Below are positions 1-9,657 of a stretch of 55,623 nucleotides of DNA, piece after piece. Where the stretch lies: assembly GCA_026991575.1 (NCBI GenBank), contig JALXBF010000106.1:1-55623 (forward strand), read 5' to 3'. The translations under genes were made by a program, and so were the position numbers. The notes below the pieces were generated by a model. That model did not search any database. It saw nothing but the letters and a program-made list of their open reading frames with translations, and had not been told where the DNA came from. Positions within the stretch are counted from its first letter, which is position 1. Each line of letters starts with the position of its first letter. The stretch comes from Planctomycetota bacterium. GTDB lineage: Bacteria > Planctomycetota > Planctomycetia > JALXBF01.

Positions 1-2
1 TT

Positions 3-608
3 CAGGACGCAAAGGGGCTGGGAATTCGAGACTGGTTTGAGCGAACCAACCCGTTTGCTTTTCAGGAGGTGACGGAGATCCTGCTCGAAGCAGCGCGGAA
101 AGGCTACTGGAATGCCGACGAGGAGACCCTGCGCACGGTAGCGATGGCCTATGTCGAGTCGGTGCGCCGGCACGGTGAGGGTGAGGGGCTGCGCGGTGGC
201 GGCAACGTGAAGTTAACGCGGTTCGTTGAGCGGATCCTAATCCGCGCAGGACACCGGGAACTGCTGGCCCAGTATCGCGGCGTCCGCACCGGAGCGCACG
301 ATCCGCACAGCGGCGGCGAGCCGCCTGCTGCCAGCGCGGCACCCGGGCTCGGCTCGCCATCCCCTGCTCGGCCGGCCGCCGACAACAGTCCGGACCAATC
401 GCTGCAGCCCCGGCAACGCGAAGTCGTCGGCACCGAGTTGGTACCGTCAGCCGAAGACGAGCCCACGAGGGAGCACAAGCTAACGGGCACACCAGCGTCA
501 ACCCGGCAGCCCATCTTGCCGCTCTGGGCAATCGTCGTGGCCCTGGCGCTGGCGACCCTGGCAGGCGGCGCGGCACACGCAGCCTGGCGTCACCGCCGGA
601 GGGGATAG
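3..608 (+). CDS. CobN/magnesium chelatase family protein (HmuS/BtuS-like), C-terminal part (5'-truncated by window edge)
   Basis: Frame is open from base 3: QDAKGLGIRDWFERTNPFAFQEVTEILLEAARKGYWNADEE matches the CobN C-terminal motif (F..NP.A.Q.....LLEA.RKGYW). It ends in a hydrophobic helix plus an Arg-rich tail and is followed by ExbB-like and DUF2149 genes. Confidence 0.85.
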   Translation, partial: QDAKGLGIRDWFERTNPFAFQEVTEILLEAARKGYWNADEETLRTVAMAYVESVRRHGEGEGLRGGGNVKLTRFVERILIRAGHRELLAQYRGVRTGAHDPHSGGEPPAASAAPGLGSPSPARPAADNSPDQSLQPRQREVVGTELVPSAEDEPTREHKLTGTPASTRQPILPLWAIVVALALATLAGGAAHAAWRHRRRG

Positions 609-612
609 CACG

Positions 613-1347
613 GTGCACCAGATCTATGCCTTTCTCAGTGCCGTTTCGGTTGTCCTGCTGATACCCGTGATTCTCTTCCTGCTGGTCACGGCGTTCGTGG
701 TGCTATGGCAGCTCGGGGCTGTCGCCTATGAGGCCTGGCTGCGGCGACGCACCGCCGGCTCTTACCGGACGACCTTATCCCGGCTGCAATGCGCCGGGAC
801 GGTTGATGCCATCGGCTTAGAACGAGCGGTCACCGGCCCGCGCCTTCTCCGAGAGTGGCTGAGCCGCTGCGCAGCGGAAGGCGACGTCCTTGCGGCGACA
901 CCGCCGGACGGATCGGCGGAAGCTGCGCAGCGAGCATTGGACCTGGTGGAGCTTTCTGCCATGGTCCGTCTTGAGCAGCTCAGGCTGCTTGCGCGGCTGG
1001 GGCCAGCCCTGGGGCTGATGGGCACGCTCATCCCTCTGGGACCGGCCCTGGTCGCCCTGGCACAGGGCGATCTTCAAACGCTGGCCGAGAACCTGGTCGT
1101 GGCCTTCGGCACGACAGTCGCCGGACTGTTCGTCGCCGTACTCGCGCAGCTACTGGCGACGGTCCGTGCCCGGTGGTACGCGGAGGATCTCCTGGACCTC
1201 GAGCACCTAACGACGCGTGCCAACCGCCAGCAGCAGCCCCGCCACCACGGCACAAGCTGGGAAGCAAGGAACGGCTTCGCGAACTCCTCCAGGGGCGACG
1301 GGGAACGCGAACCAGCCGCAGGCAAGTTGGCGGGGAACGAACCATGA
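613..1347 (+). CDS. MotA/TolQ/ExbB proton channel family protein
   Basis: N-terminal TM helix and LGPALGLMGTLIPLGPAL...NLVVAFGTTVAGL motif typical of the CobN-associated ExbB subfamily. Confidence 0.88.
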   Translation: MHQIYAFLSAVSVVLLIPVILFLLVTAFVVLWQLGAVAYEAWLRRRTAGSYRTTLSRLQCAGTVDAIGLERAVTGPRLLREWLSRCAAEGDVLAATPPDGSAEAAQRALDLVELSAMVRLEQLRLLARLGPALGLMGTLIPLGPALVALAQGDLQTLAENLVVAFGTTVAGLFVAVLAQLLATVRARWYAEDLLDLEHLTTRANRQQQPRHHGTSWEARNGFANSSRGDGEREPAAGKLAGNEP

Positions 1348-1721
1348 GACGTAGGCGGTTCCGAACACTGTACGGCAGCAGCCTCGGCGACCCGGGCGGC
1401 GATCCGCTTGCCATCGTGGCAAACTTGTTCGACGTGGCCGTTGTGTTCGCTGTGGGTCTGCTGGTGGCCCTGGCACTCAGTACCGTGGGGCAGCTCGTCC
1501 CGCAAGAGCCCGACAGCGTCACCCCGGCAGACTATCGCCGCCTACCGCGCTATCGCATCGGCTCGCGCACCCTGCGCGGCGAGGCGGTCCGGCTCGGTAC
1601 GGCTTACCGGTTGGCCACCGGTGAGGTGGTCTACGTGCCTGAAACGCCCGAGACCGTCGGCTCAGCCGAGCAGGACCACGCGGCTCGGCCGGCGCAAACC
1701 CCTGGGGAGGCACGTCCCTAG
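1344..1721 (+). CDS. DUF2149 domain protein
   Basis: MRRRRFR...DPLAIVANLFDVAVVFAVGLLVAL and C-terminal G.RLGTAYRLATGEVVYVPE are DUF2149 signatures. ATG at 1344 overlaps the upstream stop (ATGA). Confidence 0.88.
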   Translation: MRRRRFRTLYGSSLGDPGGDPLAIVANLFDVAVVFAVGLLVALALSTVGQLVPQEPDSVTPADYRRLPRYRIGSRTLRGEAVRLGTAYRLATGEVVYVPETPETVGSAEQDHAARPAQTPGEARP

Positions 1722-1853
1722 CGGCAGAATCATCCGGCACGGTAGCCCGGGACACTGGTCCGCGCCTGCTGTGCCCTTGCGTTCCACTTCCGAATCGGGT
1801 ACAAGTCTGGCCGAGAAGTTCACTGGCCAAGATATTCCAACGAGGACCGCGTG

Positions 1854-2864
1854 ATGAGTCGCGTACGCCGGGCAGTGTGCTGTTCCTTCGGCTTGCTCGC
1901 AGTACTTCTCGGCCTGAGCGGGAACGAGGGTCGGCCCCAGGTCGTCTACGTCAACAACGTTGTAGGCAGCGATCACAACGACGGTAGCACCCCGCAAACC
2001 ACCAGCCCCGGTGTCGGTCCGGTAGCCACGCTGGAACGAGCGTTTCGGCTGGCCCGTCCCGGCGAAACTATCCGACTCGTCAAGACCGACCGCCCTTACA
2101 GCGGGAGCCTGACCGTGGGCACCCCGGGCCGGGGCGGAATCGCCGGACATCCGATCATCTTGGACGGCAACGGTGTGGAGCTCCGTGGATTCGCGACCGT
2201 GCCGGCTTCCGTATGGCAGTACGTCGGCCAAAGCACCTACCGAATGCAACCCTATCGCAAGGGCTACTACCTGTTGGTGGTTGAGGGGCAGCTGGCCGAG
2301 CGTGTCCCGTACCGCCAGGCCGAGAAGGGCAGCGACCGTCCCGCGCTACGGCCATTGCAGTGGACCGTGCACCGCGGCCACATCTACGTGAGGATCCCTG
2401 AGGGGAAGTACATCGATCAGCTGACCATCGAGATCCCGGGCGCTGACATCGGACTGAGCCTGTATTCGGCCAAACACGTCGTCATCCGGGACCTGACCAT
2501 CACGGGCTACCGGTTAGATGGTGTGCATGTGTTCGGGAATTCGGAGGCGGTGATCCTGGAGAACGTCATCTGCAGGCTTAACGGCCGTGCGGGCATCGCT
2601 GCAGGAGGCACCTCCAGGCTCGTTGCCCGCGGCTGCCAGTTGCAAACCAATCTGGTCAGCGACGTGTACACGTATGGCAGCGCCACCGTCCACCTGAGCA
2701 ATTGTAAGCTCTTGGGCGGCGGCCGGTACCTGGTGTGGGCACGCGGCGGCCGTGTTCTTCTGGAGAATGTCACGCTGGGCACGTACGGCACGAGCCGCTT
2801 CTTCGAGAACGGTGGCAGGATCCAACAATTAGGCGAGGCCCCTGAGGCAGATCGAGCTCCCTGA
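1854..2864 (+). CDS. Secreted right-handed parallel beta-helix repeat protein
   Basis: Signal peptide, [15 protein letters not shown]...ATLERA N-terminal cap (DUF1565-like), and repeated beta-helix coils ([18 protein letters not shown]). GAGGA RBS upstream. Confidence 0.7.
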   Translation: MSRVRRAVCCSFGLLAVLLGLSGNEGRPQVVYVNNVVGSDHNDGSTPQTTSPGVGPVATLERAFRLARPGETIRLVKTDRPYSGSLTVGTPGRGGIAGHPIILDGNGVELRGFATVPASVWQYVGQSTYRMQPYRKGYYLLVVEGQLAERVPYRQAEKGSDRPALRPLQWTVHRGHIYVRIPEGKYIDQLTIEIPGADIGLSLYSAKHVVIRDLTITGYRLDGVHVFGNSEAVILENVICRLNGRAGIAAGGTSRLVARGCQLQTNLVSDVYTYGSATVHLSNCKLLGGGRYLVWARGGRVLLENVTLGTYGTSRFFENGGRIQQLGEAPEADRAP

Positions 2865-2907
2865 GCGGCCGGACCTCGGCAGCGGCCGTACCGCGGGAGG
2901 CGCGAGT

Positions 2908-3459
2908 ATGAAGGTCACCATCAACGGCACCACGCTGGAATTGGTCCAGGGTGACATCACGAAACAGCAGGTGGATGCGATCGTCAACGCGGCCAACAGC
3001 CGGCTGGCCGGTGGTGGCGGCGTCGACGGCGCGATCCACCGCGCCGGCGGCCCTTCGATCATGAAGGAGTTGAAGGAAAAGTATCCGGGTGGTTGCCCCA
3101 CCGGATCGGCAGTGATCACCGGCGCGGGCGACCTGAAAGCTAAGTACGTGATCCACGCTGTTGGCCCAATCTACCGGGGCGGCACCCATGGCGAAGCGGA
3201 AAAGCTTGCGAGCGCGTACCGGGTGAGCCTGGAGCTGGCAAGCCAGCACGACTGTCAGTCCGTGGCGTTCCCTTCCATCAGTACTGGTGCCTATGGCTAC
3301 CCGGTCGATGAAGCAGCTCGTGTGGCTCTTTCCACGGTCATCGACTTCCTGCGCACCAGTGACCGGAAGCCGTCGCTTGTCCGGTTCGTGCTCTTCGACC
3401 GGCGCACCTATGAGGCTTATGAGGACGCCCTCCGCAAGCTAACGGCCCAGGCTTCGTAG
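2908..3459 (+). CDS. ymdB: Macro domain protein, O-acetyl-ADP-ribose deacetylase (YmdB-like)
   Basis: [32 protein letters not shown] and [12 protein letters not shown] motifs; GGAGG RBS. Confidence 0.92.
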   Translation: MKVTINGTTLELVQGDITKQQVDAIVNAANSRLAGGGGVDGAIHRAGGPSIMKELKEKYPGGCPTGSAVITGAGDLKAKYVIHAVGPIYRGGTHGEAEKLASAYRVSLELASQHDCQSVAFPSISTGAYGYPVDEAARVALSTVIDFLRTSDRKPSLVRFVLFDRRTYEAYEDALRKLTAQAS

Positions 3460-3621
3460 ACAGCGCTGCGGCGACCGCTCGCGCACTGTCGGGGACCTCG
3501 GCCGTCTCAGGCACGGTGCCGCCTCCGACCTGCGCTCGCGGGCGTATACTGCGGCAGACACCACCGACACCGCGGAGCGATGCGTGCCACACGGGCAAAC
3601 TGTTGTTGTCAAGGAGCCGTC

Positions 3622-4821
3622 ATGAGCAAGCGTGTCTCTCTTGCCTTCGTCTCTTTGACGTTCGTAGTGGCGGTACTCGCATCGGCACTCGTTGCCGGGC
3701 GGCGCGATGGGGCGGAACCGATGGTGGCGGATCCAGCATTGCTGGCCAAGGCACGGCGCATCCTGGACGATGCGATTCTCATCGATGGCCACAACGACTT
3801 GCCCTGGACCATCCGCGAGCACACCAACGGTGATTTCGACCGCTACGACATCCGCAAACGGCTGCGTTTCGGCCACACCGATATCCCCCGACTGCGGGAC
3901 GGTCGCGTGAAGGCCCAGTTCTGGAGTGTGTTCGTACCGGTGCGCTATGCTGAGCAGGGAACGGCCGTCCGCACGACGCTAGAACAGATCGATCTTGTCT
4001 ACCGGATGATCCGCCGTTATTCGGACACGTTTGAGTTGGCCCGCTCGGCAGCCGACGTGCGCCGTATTGCTGCTGCAGGCAAGATCGCCTCGCTGATCGG
4101 CGTCGAAGGCGGTCATTCGATCGACAACTCGCTCGGCGTGCTTCGCATGTACTACGAGCTCGGCGCACGCTACATGACGCTTACCCACAGCAAGAACACC
4201 GACTGGGCCGACTCGTGCACGGACAAACCAGAGCACGGGGGTCTGACCGAATTCGGCGTTCAAGTCGTCCACGAAATGAATCGCCTCGGCATGCTGGTCG
4301 ACATCTCGCACGTTTCCCACGACACGATGCGTCACGTACTCCGTGTGACCAAAGCCCCCGTAATCGCCTCGCACTCCTCCGCCTACGGCGTGGCCCCGTT
4401 TGCCCGCAACGTGCCCGACGACGTGCTGCGGATGATCCGCGACAACGGCGGTGTTGTCATGGTAAACTTCTTCCCGTTCTTCGTGCACCCAGAAGCTGCA
4501 CGGACGCTGGCCCAGGGGAAACGCCCGGATCCAGTGCCGCAGACCACCATCGAGCACGTGCTTGACCACATCGACCACATTGTCCGCGTTGCTGGTATCG
4601 AGCACGTGGGGTTGGGTTCCGACTACGATGGCATCCCATACACCCCACAGGGGCTTGAAGATGTCTCCACGTTCCCGAACCTAGTCGCCGGCCTCTTGCG
4701 CCGTGGCTATGACGAGCGGGCCATCAAGCTGATCGTCGGCGGCAACGTCCTGCGAGTGCTCGAAGAGGCTGAACGCATCGCTACGAAGCTGCAGGCCGGG
4801 GAAACGACCGTCGCCCCGTAG
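3622..4821 (+). CDS. Membrane dipeptidase (peptidase M19, renal dipeptidase family), exported
   Basis: IDGHNDLP, GVEGGH, YMTLTH, VDISHVS, IASHSS and GLGSDYDG motifs. AAGGAG RBS precedes ATG 3622; signal peptide/anchor present. Confidence 0.92.
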   Translation: MSKRVSLAFVSLTFVVAVLASALVAGRRDGAEPMVADPALLAKARRILDDAILIDGHNDLPWTIREHTNGDFDRYDIRKRLRFGHTDIPRLRDGRVKAQFWSVFVPVRYAEQGTAVRTTLEQIDLVYRMIRRYSDTFELARSAADVRRIAAAGKIASLIGVEGGHSIDNSLGVLRMYYELGARYMTLTHSKNTDWADSCTDKPEHGGLTEFGVQVVHEMNRLGMLVDISHVSHDTMRHVLRVTKAPVIASHSSAYGVAPFARNVPDDVLRMIRDNGGVVMVNFFPFFVHPEAARTLAQGKRPDPVPQTTIEHVLDHIDHIVRVAGIEHVGLGSDYDGIPYTPQGLEDVSTFPNLVAGLLRRGYDERAIKLIVGGNVLRVLEEAERIATKLQAGETTVAP

Positions 4822-4963
4822 CAGTCGCGGCTGCGGGCGCGTCCGCGCTGCCCGCCGCCAGACTCGCCCCAGTGACGTCTCCTGTTTGCATGTCGAGGAC
4901 CCGTGGCTTCCGTGGATGACGGCGACTTGCCGTGCGTCCCCGCGCGGCCGGAGGCATGGCTGG

Positions 4964-6217
4964 TCAGTCCTCGTCGTACAACAGCACGCTGGCCCGCCGC
5001 GGCAGGAACGCACGAAGCTCTTGCTGACAGTGCGCCATGATCTGCTCGAACGGAGCTGCCTCTTCAATCAGGCGATACACGCGCGTATCGGCCAGCAAGC
5101 GAATGTAACGGCGATGGTCCCACTTTTCAGGGTGGGTCAACCGCAGTGCGTGAGCGATGGCCAGTCCGGTCCGCACCGGCTCGAACTCGGTGCGGTCCGT
5201 TACGATCACTTCCAGGCCGTAGCACAGCTCTCCGGCAAACTTGCTGGCCGACGGCCGAAAGCTCACTGGCACAAACACCACGCCACGCAAGCCGTACCGT
5301 TGCAGCGCCCGCCAGAGCGCGAAATGATCCAGCCACGGAGCCCCGAAACGCTCAAACGGCGTATCCGTTCCCCGGCCGACGCTGAGGTTTGTGGTTTCCA
5401 GCAGGCCAATCCCTGGGTACAGCAACGCCTGACGGAGCGAGCGCATGTTCGGTGACGGGTTCACCCATGGCTGGCCGGTACCGTCCAGGTACATCGTTCG
5501 ACGCCAGCCCTCCATGCGGACGACCGCGAGCCGGACGTTGGGAAAACGCTCGCGGCGATATAGCCGGGCGATCTCACCAACGGTCATGCCGTGACGCACC
5601 GGAAGCGTGTGAAACCCGACGAAGCTTTCCATGCCGTGATCCAGCACGGGCCCGGCCACTGCCGTTCCCCCAATGGGATTGGGACGGTCCAGCACGAGGA
5701 ACTGGACACCGGCCTCTTGGGCAGCTTCCATGCAGAGACCAAGCGTGGAAATGTACGTGTAGAAACGGCAACCGATGTCCTGGATGTCGAAGACCAACAC
5801 GTCCACGTTCCGAAGCTGCTCGTGCGTCGGTTTGCGGCGTTTGCCGTAGAGGCTGTAGATGGGCACCCCCGTTCGCTCGTCCCGGCTGTCCGCCACTGCC
5901 CCCTCGGCAACGGCCCGGAAGCCGTGTTCCGGCGTAAAGATTGCCACCAGGTCGACTTCCGGATGTTGATGCAGCAAATCGACCAGGTGTTGACCTTCGG
6001 GGGTGATAGCCGTGCGGTTGGTGATCACAGCCACTCGCTTTCCGTGCAGCGGTCGGAAGTCTCGATCTCTTAGGACCTCCAAGCCGCTTCTGACCGGCAG
6101 ACCCGCTGCCCGCCTGGTCATCAGGATAGGTGCAAGGGATACCGGTTCCGCAGCCTGTGTCGCTACAGCAGCGCACAGCACGGTGGCGAACGCGAGGCAG
6201 TTCAGGCGGTGCTTCAT
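4964..6217 (-). CDS. namZ: Exo-beta-N-acetylmuramidase NamZ (DUF1343/YbbC), secreted
   Basis: FTPEHGF, YSLYG, FDIQDIGCRFYTY, LDRPNPIGG, RHGMTVGE and SPNM motifs; Sec signal peptide (ATQA-A). Confidence 0.9.
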   Translation of the reverse strand: MKHRLNCLAFATVLCAAVATQAAEPVSLAPILMTRRAAGLPVRSGLEVLRDRDFRPLHGKRVAVITNRTAITPEGQHLVDLLHQHPEVDLVAIFTPEHGFRAVAEGAVADSRDERTGVPIYSLYGKRRKPTHEQLRNVDVLVFDIQDIGCRFYTYISTLGLCMEAAQEAGVQFLVLDRPNPIGGTAVAGPVLDHGMESFVGFHTLPVRHGMTVGEIARLYRRERFPNVRLAVVRMEGWRRTMYLDGTGQPWVNPSPNMRSLRQALLYPGIGLLETTNLSVGRGTDTPFERFGAPWLDHFALWRALQRYGLRGVVFVPVSFRPSASKFAGELCYGLEVIVTDRTEFEPVRTGLAIAHALRLTHPEKWDHRRYIRLLADTRVYRLIEEAAPFEQIMAHCQQELRAFLPRRASVLLYDED

Positions 6218-7632
6218 TAGAGCAATCTCCGAAACACGAGCCCGCCCAGTCCCGTTGCGACGACCCCAATGAGGCTAAGCCACGGGAAGGCAACATCGCT
6301 AAGCCCCCAGGCAGCGAGGGCCGCGCCAAGTCCGACGCAGAATGCTACGGCTGCGGCTCGGGTGGAGACGCCCTCCATCAGCGTCAGCGCGAGCAGGCCG
6401 AGAACGACACCGGTTGTCAGCGAGGCCACCGTGAGAATCGGTCCGATGACCGGGCTGTCCCGGTCCAGCCAGTGGATGGCAGCCAGCGCCACGGCTCCCT
6501 GAGCCACCCCGGCAGCGACCGTTGCCAGCCGCGACCACCACAGGCCTTGGCTGCCACCGCGCTCGTGATCGAGCTGACGGGCCATCAAGTCGCCGACGAC
6601 GGTGGAAGCGATCGAGTTAACGGAGCTGGACAGGGTGCTCATGGCTGCCGCCAGCGCTGCTGCGACCACGATGCCGCGGGCCCCAAGCGGCATCGCCTCC
6701 AGAATGAACGTCACGAACACCTCATCCGCCCGCGCCGCGGTGTAGTCCGTGCGGTAGCGGTACCACAGTCCGACGCCGATGAGCAGGAACAGGGCAAACT
6801 GCACGAAAACCAGCACACCGCTGGCCACGAGCACGAGGCGGGCGCGGGTGAGCGAGCCGGTGCACAGATAGCGCTGCACCATGAGCTGGTCGGCGCCATG
6901 GGTGGCTGCGGATAGGAACGCCCCCCCGATGACGCCTGACCAGAAAGTGTACGTCTCGGTCAGGGACAGGCTGAAATCGAAGACGCGCAACTTTCCCGCC
7001 GCTTGCGCCTCGTACCACAGGCTCTGCCAGCCCCCGGCCCCGCCGACCAGTAACACCAGTGCCAGCACCGCGCCAAGGATGTAGACCACCAGCTGGATCG
7101 AGTCGGTCCAGAGCACCGCGCGGATTCCGCCCGCGAATGCATAGGCGACGGTCACGACGGCAACGACCAGCACGGCCCAGTCCAGCGACACTCGCAGCAT
7201 CGCACCGACCAGGATAGCGGTCAGGTACAGCCGTAGGCCATCGGCCACGGTGCGGGTACCCACGAACAGCAACGAAGTCAGCCGCTGCACGGAGCTGCCG
7301 AAGGCGGCTTGCAGGCGTTGGTACAGCGTCAGGTAGGGGCGATCGAACAGGGCCGGAAGCAACCACAGTGCGATGGCTACGCGACCCACGATATAGCCCA
7401 GTGGCAGCTGTAGGAAGCGCAGGTCAAACCGGAACCCGTGTGCCGGCACACTCAGGAACGTCACCGCACTGGTTTCCGTGGCCACGATCGAAAGCAAGGC
7501 CAGCCCGGCCGAGACCTGACGCCCGCCCAGAAAATAGTCCTCAACGCCGCGAGAACGGCCGCTGAGCGATAGGCCGGCAGCCAGCGTTACGATCAAGAAC
7601 AGAACCAACACGACCCAGTCGACGACGGTCAT
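6217..7632 (-). CDS. Sodium:solute symporter (SSS family), probable amino-sugar/MurNAc importer
   Basis: YFLGGR, SIVATETSAVTFLSVP, GGIRAVLWTD, HGADQLMVQRYL and AAAMSTLSSSVNS motifs; about 13 hydrophobic segments; 1-nt overlap with namZ. Confidence 0.9.
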   Translation of the reverse strand: MTVVDWVVLVLFLIVTLAAGLSLSGRSRGVEDYFLGGRQVSAGLALLSIVATETSAVTFLSVPAHGFRFDLRFLQLPLGYIVGRVAIALWLLPALFDRPYLTLYQRLQAAFGSSVQRLTSLLFVGTRTVADGLRLYLTAILVGAMLRVSLDWAVLVVAVVTVAYAFAGGIRAVLWTDSIQLVVYILGAVLALVLLVGGAGGWQSLWYEAQAAGKLRVFDFSLSLTETYTFWSGVIGGAFLSAATHGADQLMVQRYLCTGSLTRARLVLVASGVLVFVQFALFLLIGVGLWYRYRTDYTAARADEVFVTFILEAMPLGARGIVVAAALAAAMSTLSSSVNSIASTVVGDLMARQLDHERGGSQGLWWSRLATVAAGVAQGAVALAAIHWLDRDSPVIGPILTVASLTTGVVLGLLALTLMEGVSTRAAAVAFCVGLGAALAAWGLSDVAFPWLSLIGVVATGLGGLVFRRLL

Positions 7633-7669
7633 TCGGCTACTCCGCTAGACCAGCGCGGCGTCGCCGGGG

Positions 7670-9646
7670 TCAGGCTCGTAACAGACGGGCGGCCAGCGTA
7701 ACGGCGCCGTGGGCTGCCTGACTGACCACGTGGACTGTCTCCGGCTCGACCACCCCTGCGAGCCGATCCAGCAGCCGCTGGCGCAGCGCTCGGCTCGCAG
7801 TCAGTAGCCCACCTGCCAGCAGTACCGGTCCACGCCACGGCGTGTTCTGGGCACGGCTGTCCGCAACTGCCTGCCTGACCTGGTCGGCCAACAGCGCGCT
7901 GGCTTCGTCCAGCATGGCCAGCGCCGCAGTGATCCCTTCCTCAGCCGCTGCCACAGCCGGCTTGGCCAGTTGAGCGATCCTGCGCACGGTATCTTCATCG
8001 GCGCGGGGGGTATACAGGAACGCTCGCACCAGCTGGGCGACATCGTGCCCGTCGTGGCTGGCTGCTAGCGGCCCAGCGGTACGAAGGAACGCAACCACGG
8101 CCTCATCGAGCGGGTCGAGCGGTTGGCCGCTATCCAGTCGCCGGCAGAGCCGCTGCAGGACTCGCCGGCCGAGCCAGTATCCGCTACCGGGATCGCCCAC
8201 CAGCCAGCCCCAGCCGCCGGCCCTGGCAACCGGTCGCCCACCGTCACGAACCTGAACCACTGTGCCGGTCCCCGCGATCACGGCAAGGCCTCGGTCCAGG
8301 CCTGCCGCGGCGTACACAGCGTCGATGTCGGTGTAGACCTGAATGCGATGGGCCAGTCGCAGCGAACGGAGCCAGTCTTGCCATTGCAGGGCGGTTTGCG
8401 ATCCTGCAGCGCCGGCGAGGCAGGCGGCCAGGCTCTCGACGGTCGCGTCCCGCTGGCGCGCCGCGCGGAGGGCCTGAAACACGGCTCGTGCCACGTGCTT
8501 GGCGGCGCGGGCAAAGCCGTAGACGTTGGCGTTTGCGCCCGGTTGCTCCGCTTCCGCCAACACTCGCCATGCGCCGGCCGCATCGACTGCGGCCACAACC
8601 GCGCGCGTTGCCGTGCCGCCGCCATCGATGCCCACAACGAGTCGCTCACCGGGGCGGAGCACGAGCCGGCCTGCCGGCTCCTCCTCCCCCAATGCCACCC
8701 GAACGTGTCCGCGCGCCTGCCGCAGCAGTGCACGTGCCTGTTCCGGCGAACAGCCCCGCTTGCCCACGACCAGCGCCGTCTTAACCTCCCAGCCGCAGCG
8801 ATCCAGCAGCGCCCGGGCCTGGTCGCGCGAAATGCCCAGCAGCTGGCTGACAATGCGGCAGGCGCGCAAGTGAAGTTTCGTGTTCGTGGCCTTCAGGTCA
8901 ACCATCAGGTTGCCGTAGGTCTTGCCGATCTGCACCATGGCACCGGTGGTGATCATGTTCAGCACCAGCTTCGTGGCGGTGCCGGCCTTCAACCTCGTCG
9001 AGCCACTCAGCACCTCCGGGCCCACCACCGGCGCAATCGCAATGTCGCACTCGTCTAGCACGAGGGCATCTCGGTTGCAGGCCAGAGCAATCGTCGTGCA
9101 CCCTCGTCCGCGAGCGTATCGCAAGGCAGCAAGCACGTAGGGCGTTCGTCCGCTGGTTGCGATGCCGCACACGACATCGCGCTCGGTGAGGTTCAGCTGT
9201 TCGAGATCCGCCACCGCTAGCTCAGCCCGGTCCTCGGCCCCTTCCACCGCACGGACCAGCGCGCGTGAGCCGCCGGCGATCACGCCAACGACCATCTCCG
9301 GGGGAGTGCCGAAGGTCGGGGGACACTCCGCGGCGTCCAGGACGCCGAGTCTGCCGGATGTTCCTGCCCCCACGTAGATCAGTCGGCCTCCGGAGCGAAA
9401 CGCCTGCGCCACCACCTCAATGGCCCGCGCAATCGGAACAGCCTGGCTGAGCACCGCCTCCGGGACACGGTGGTCCTCCTCGTTCATCAAGTAGACGATC
9501 TCCAGGGGGGTCAGCCGGTCGATGTCGCGCGAGGCGGGGTTTTGGGCCTCGGTCGTCAGCCCGTCGAGCTGGAAGATTCGCTGGTCAGCCGAATCGGAAC
9601 ACATGGAACCGTCGGAACTCTGATGCTGCAATCGCCGGTTGTGCAC
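7670..9646 (-). CDS. murQ: N-acetylmuramic acid 6-phosphate etherase MurQ fused to a BadF/BadG/BcrA/BcrD-type sugar kinase (MurK/GlcNAc-kinase-like)
   Basis: N-terminal half has TE..N, GAGTSGRLGVLDAAECPPTFG, GAED, GPEVLSGSTRLKAGTATK and GNLMVD. C-terminal half has VGIDGGGT, IAGTGT and AGGWGWLVGDPGSGYWLG. Start may be ATG 9604. Confidence 0.9.
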   Translation of the reverse strand: MHNRRLQHQSSDGSMCSDSADQRIFQLDGLTTEAQNPASRDIDRLTPLEIVYLMNEEDHRVPEAVLSQAVPIARAIEVVAQAFRSGGRLIYVGAGTSGRLGVLDAAECPPTFGTPPEMVVGVIAGGSRALVRAVEGAEDRAELAVADLEQLNLTERDVVCGIATSGRTPYVLAALRYARGRGCTTIALACNRDALVLDECDIAIAPVVGPEVLSGSTRLKAGTATKLVLNMITTGAMVQIGKTYGNLMVDLKATNTKLHLRACRIVSQLLGISRDQARALLDRCGWEVKTALVVGKRGCSPEQARALLRQARGHVRVALGEEEPAGRLVLRPGERLVVGIDGGGTATRAVVAAVDAAGAWRVLAEAEQPGANANVYGFARAAKHVARAVFQALRAARQRDATVESLAACLAGAAGSQTALQWQDWLRSLRLAHRIQVYTDIDAVYAAAGLDRGLAVIAGTGTVVQVRDGGRPVARAGGWGWLVGDPGSGYWLGRRVLQRLCRRLDSGQPLDPLDEAVVAFLRTAGPLAASHDGHDVAQLVRAFLYTPRADEDTVRRIAQLAKPAVAAAEEGITAALAMLDEASALLADQVRQAVADSRAQNTPWRGPVLLAGGLLTASRALRQRLLDRLAGVVEPETVHVVSQAAHGAVTLAARLLRA

Positions 9647-9657
9647 CGCTGGCGGCG

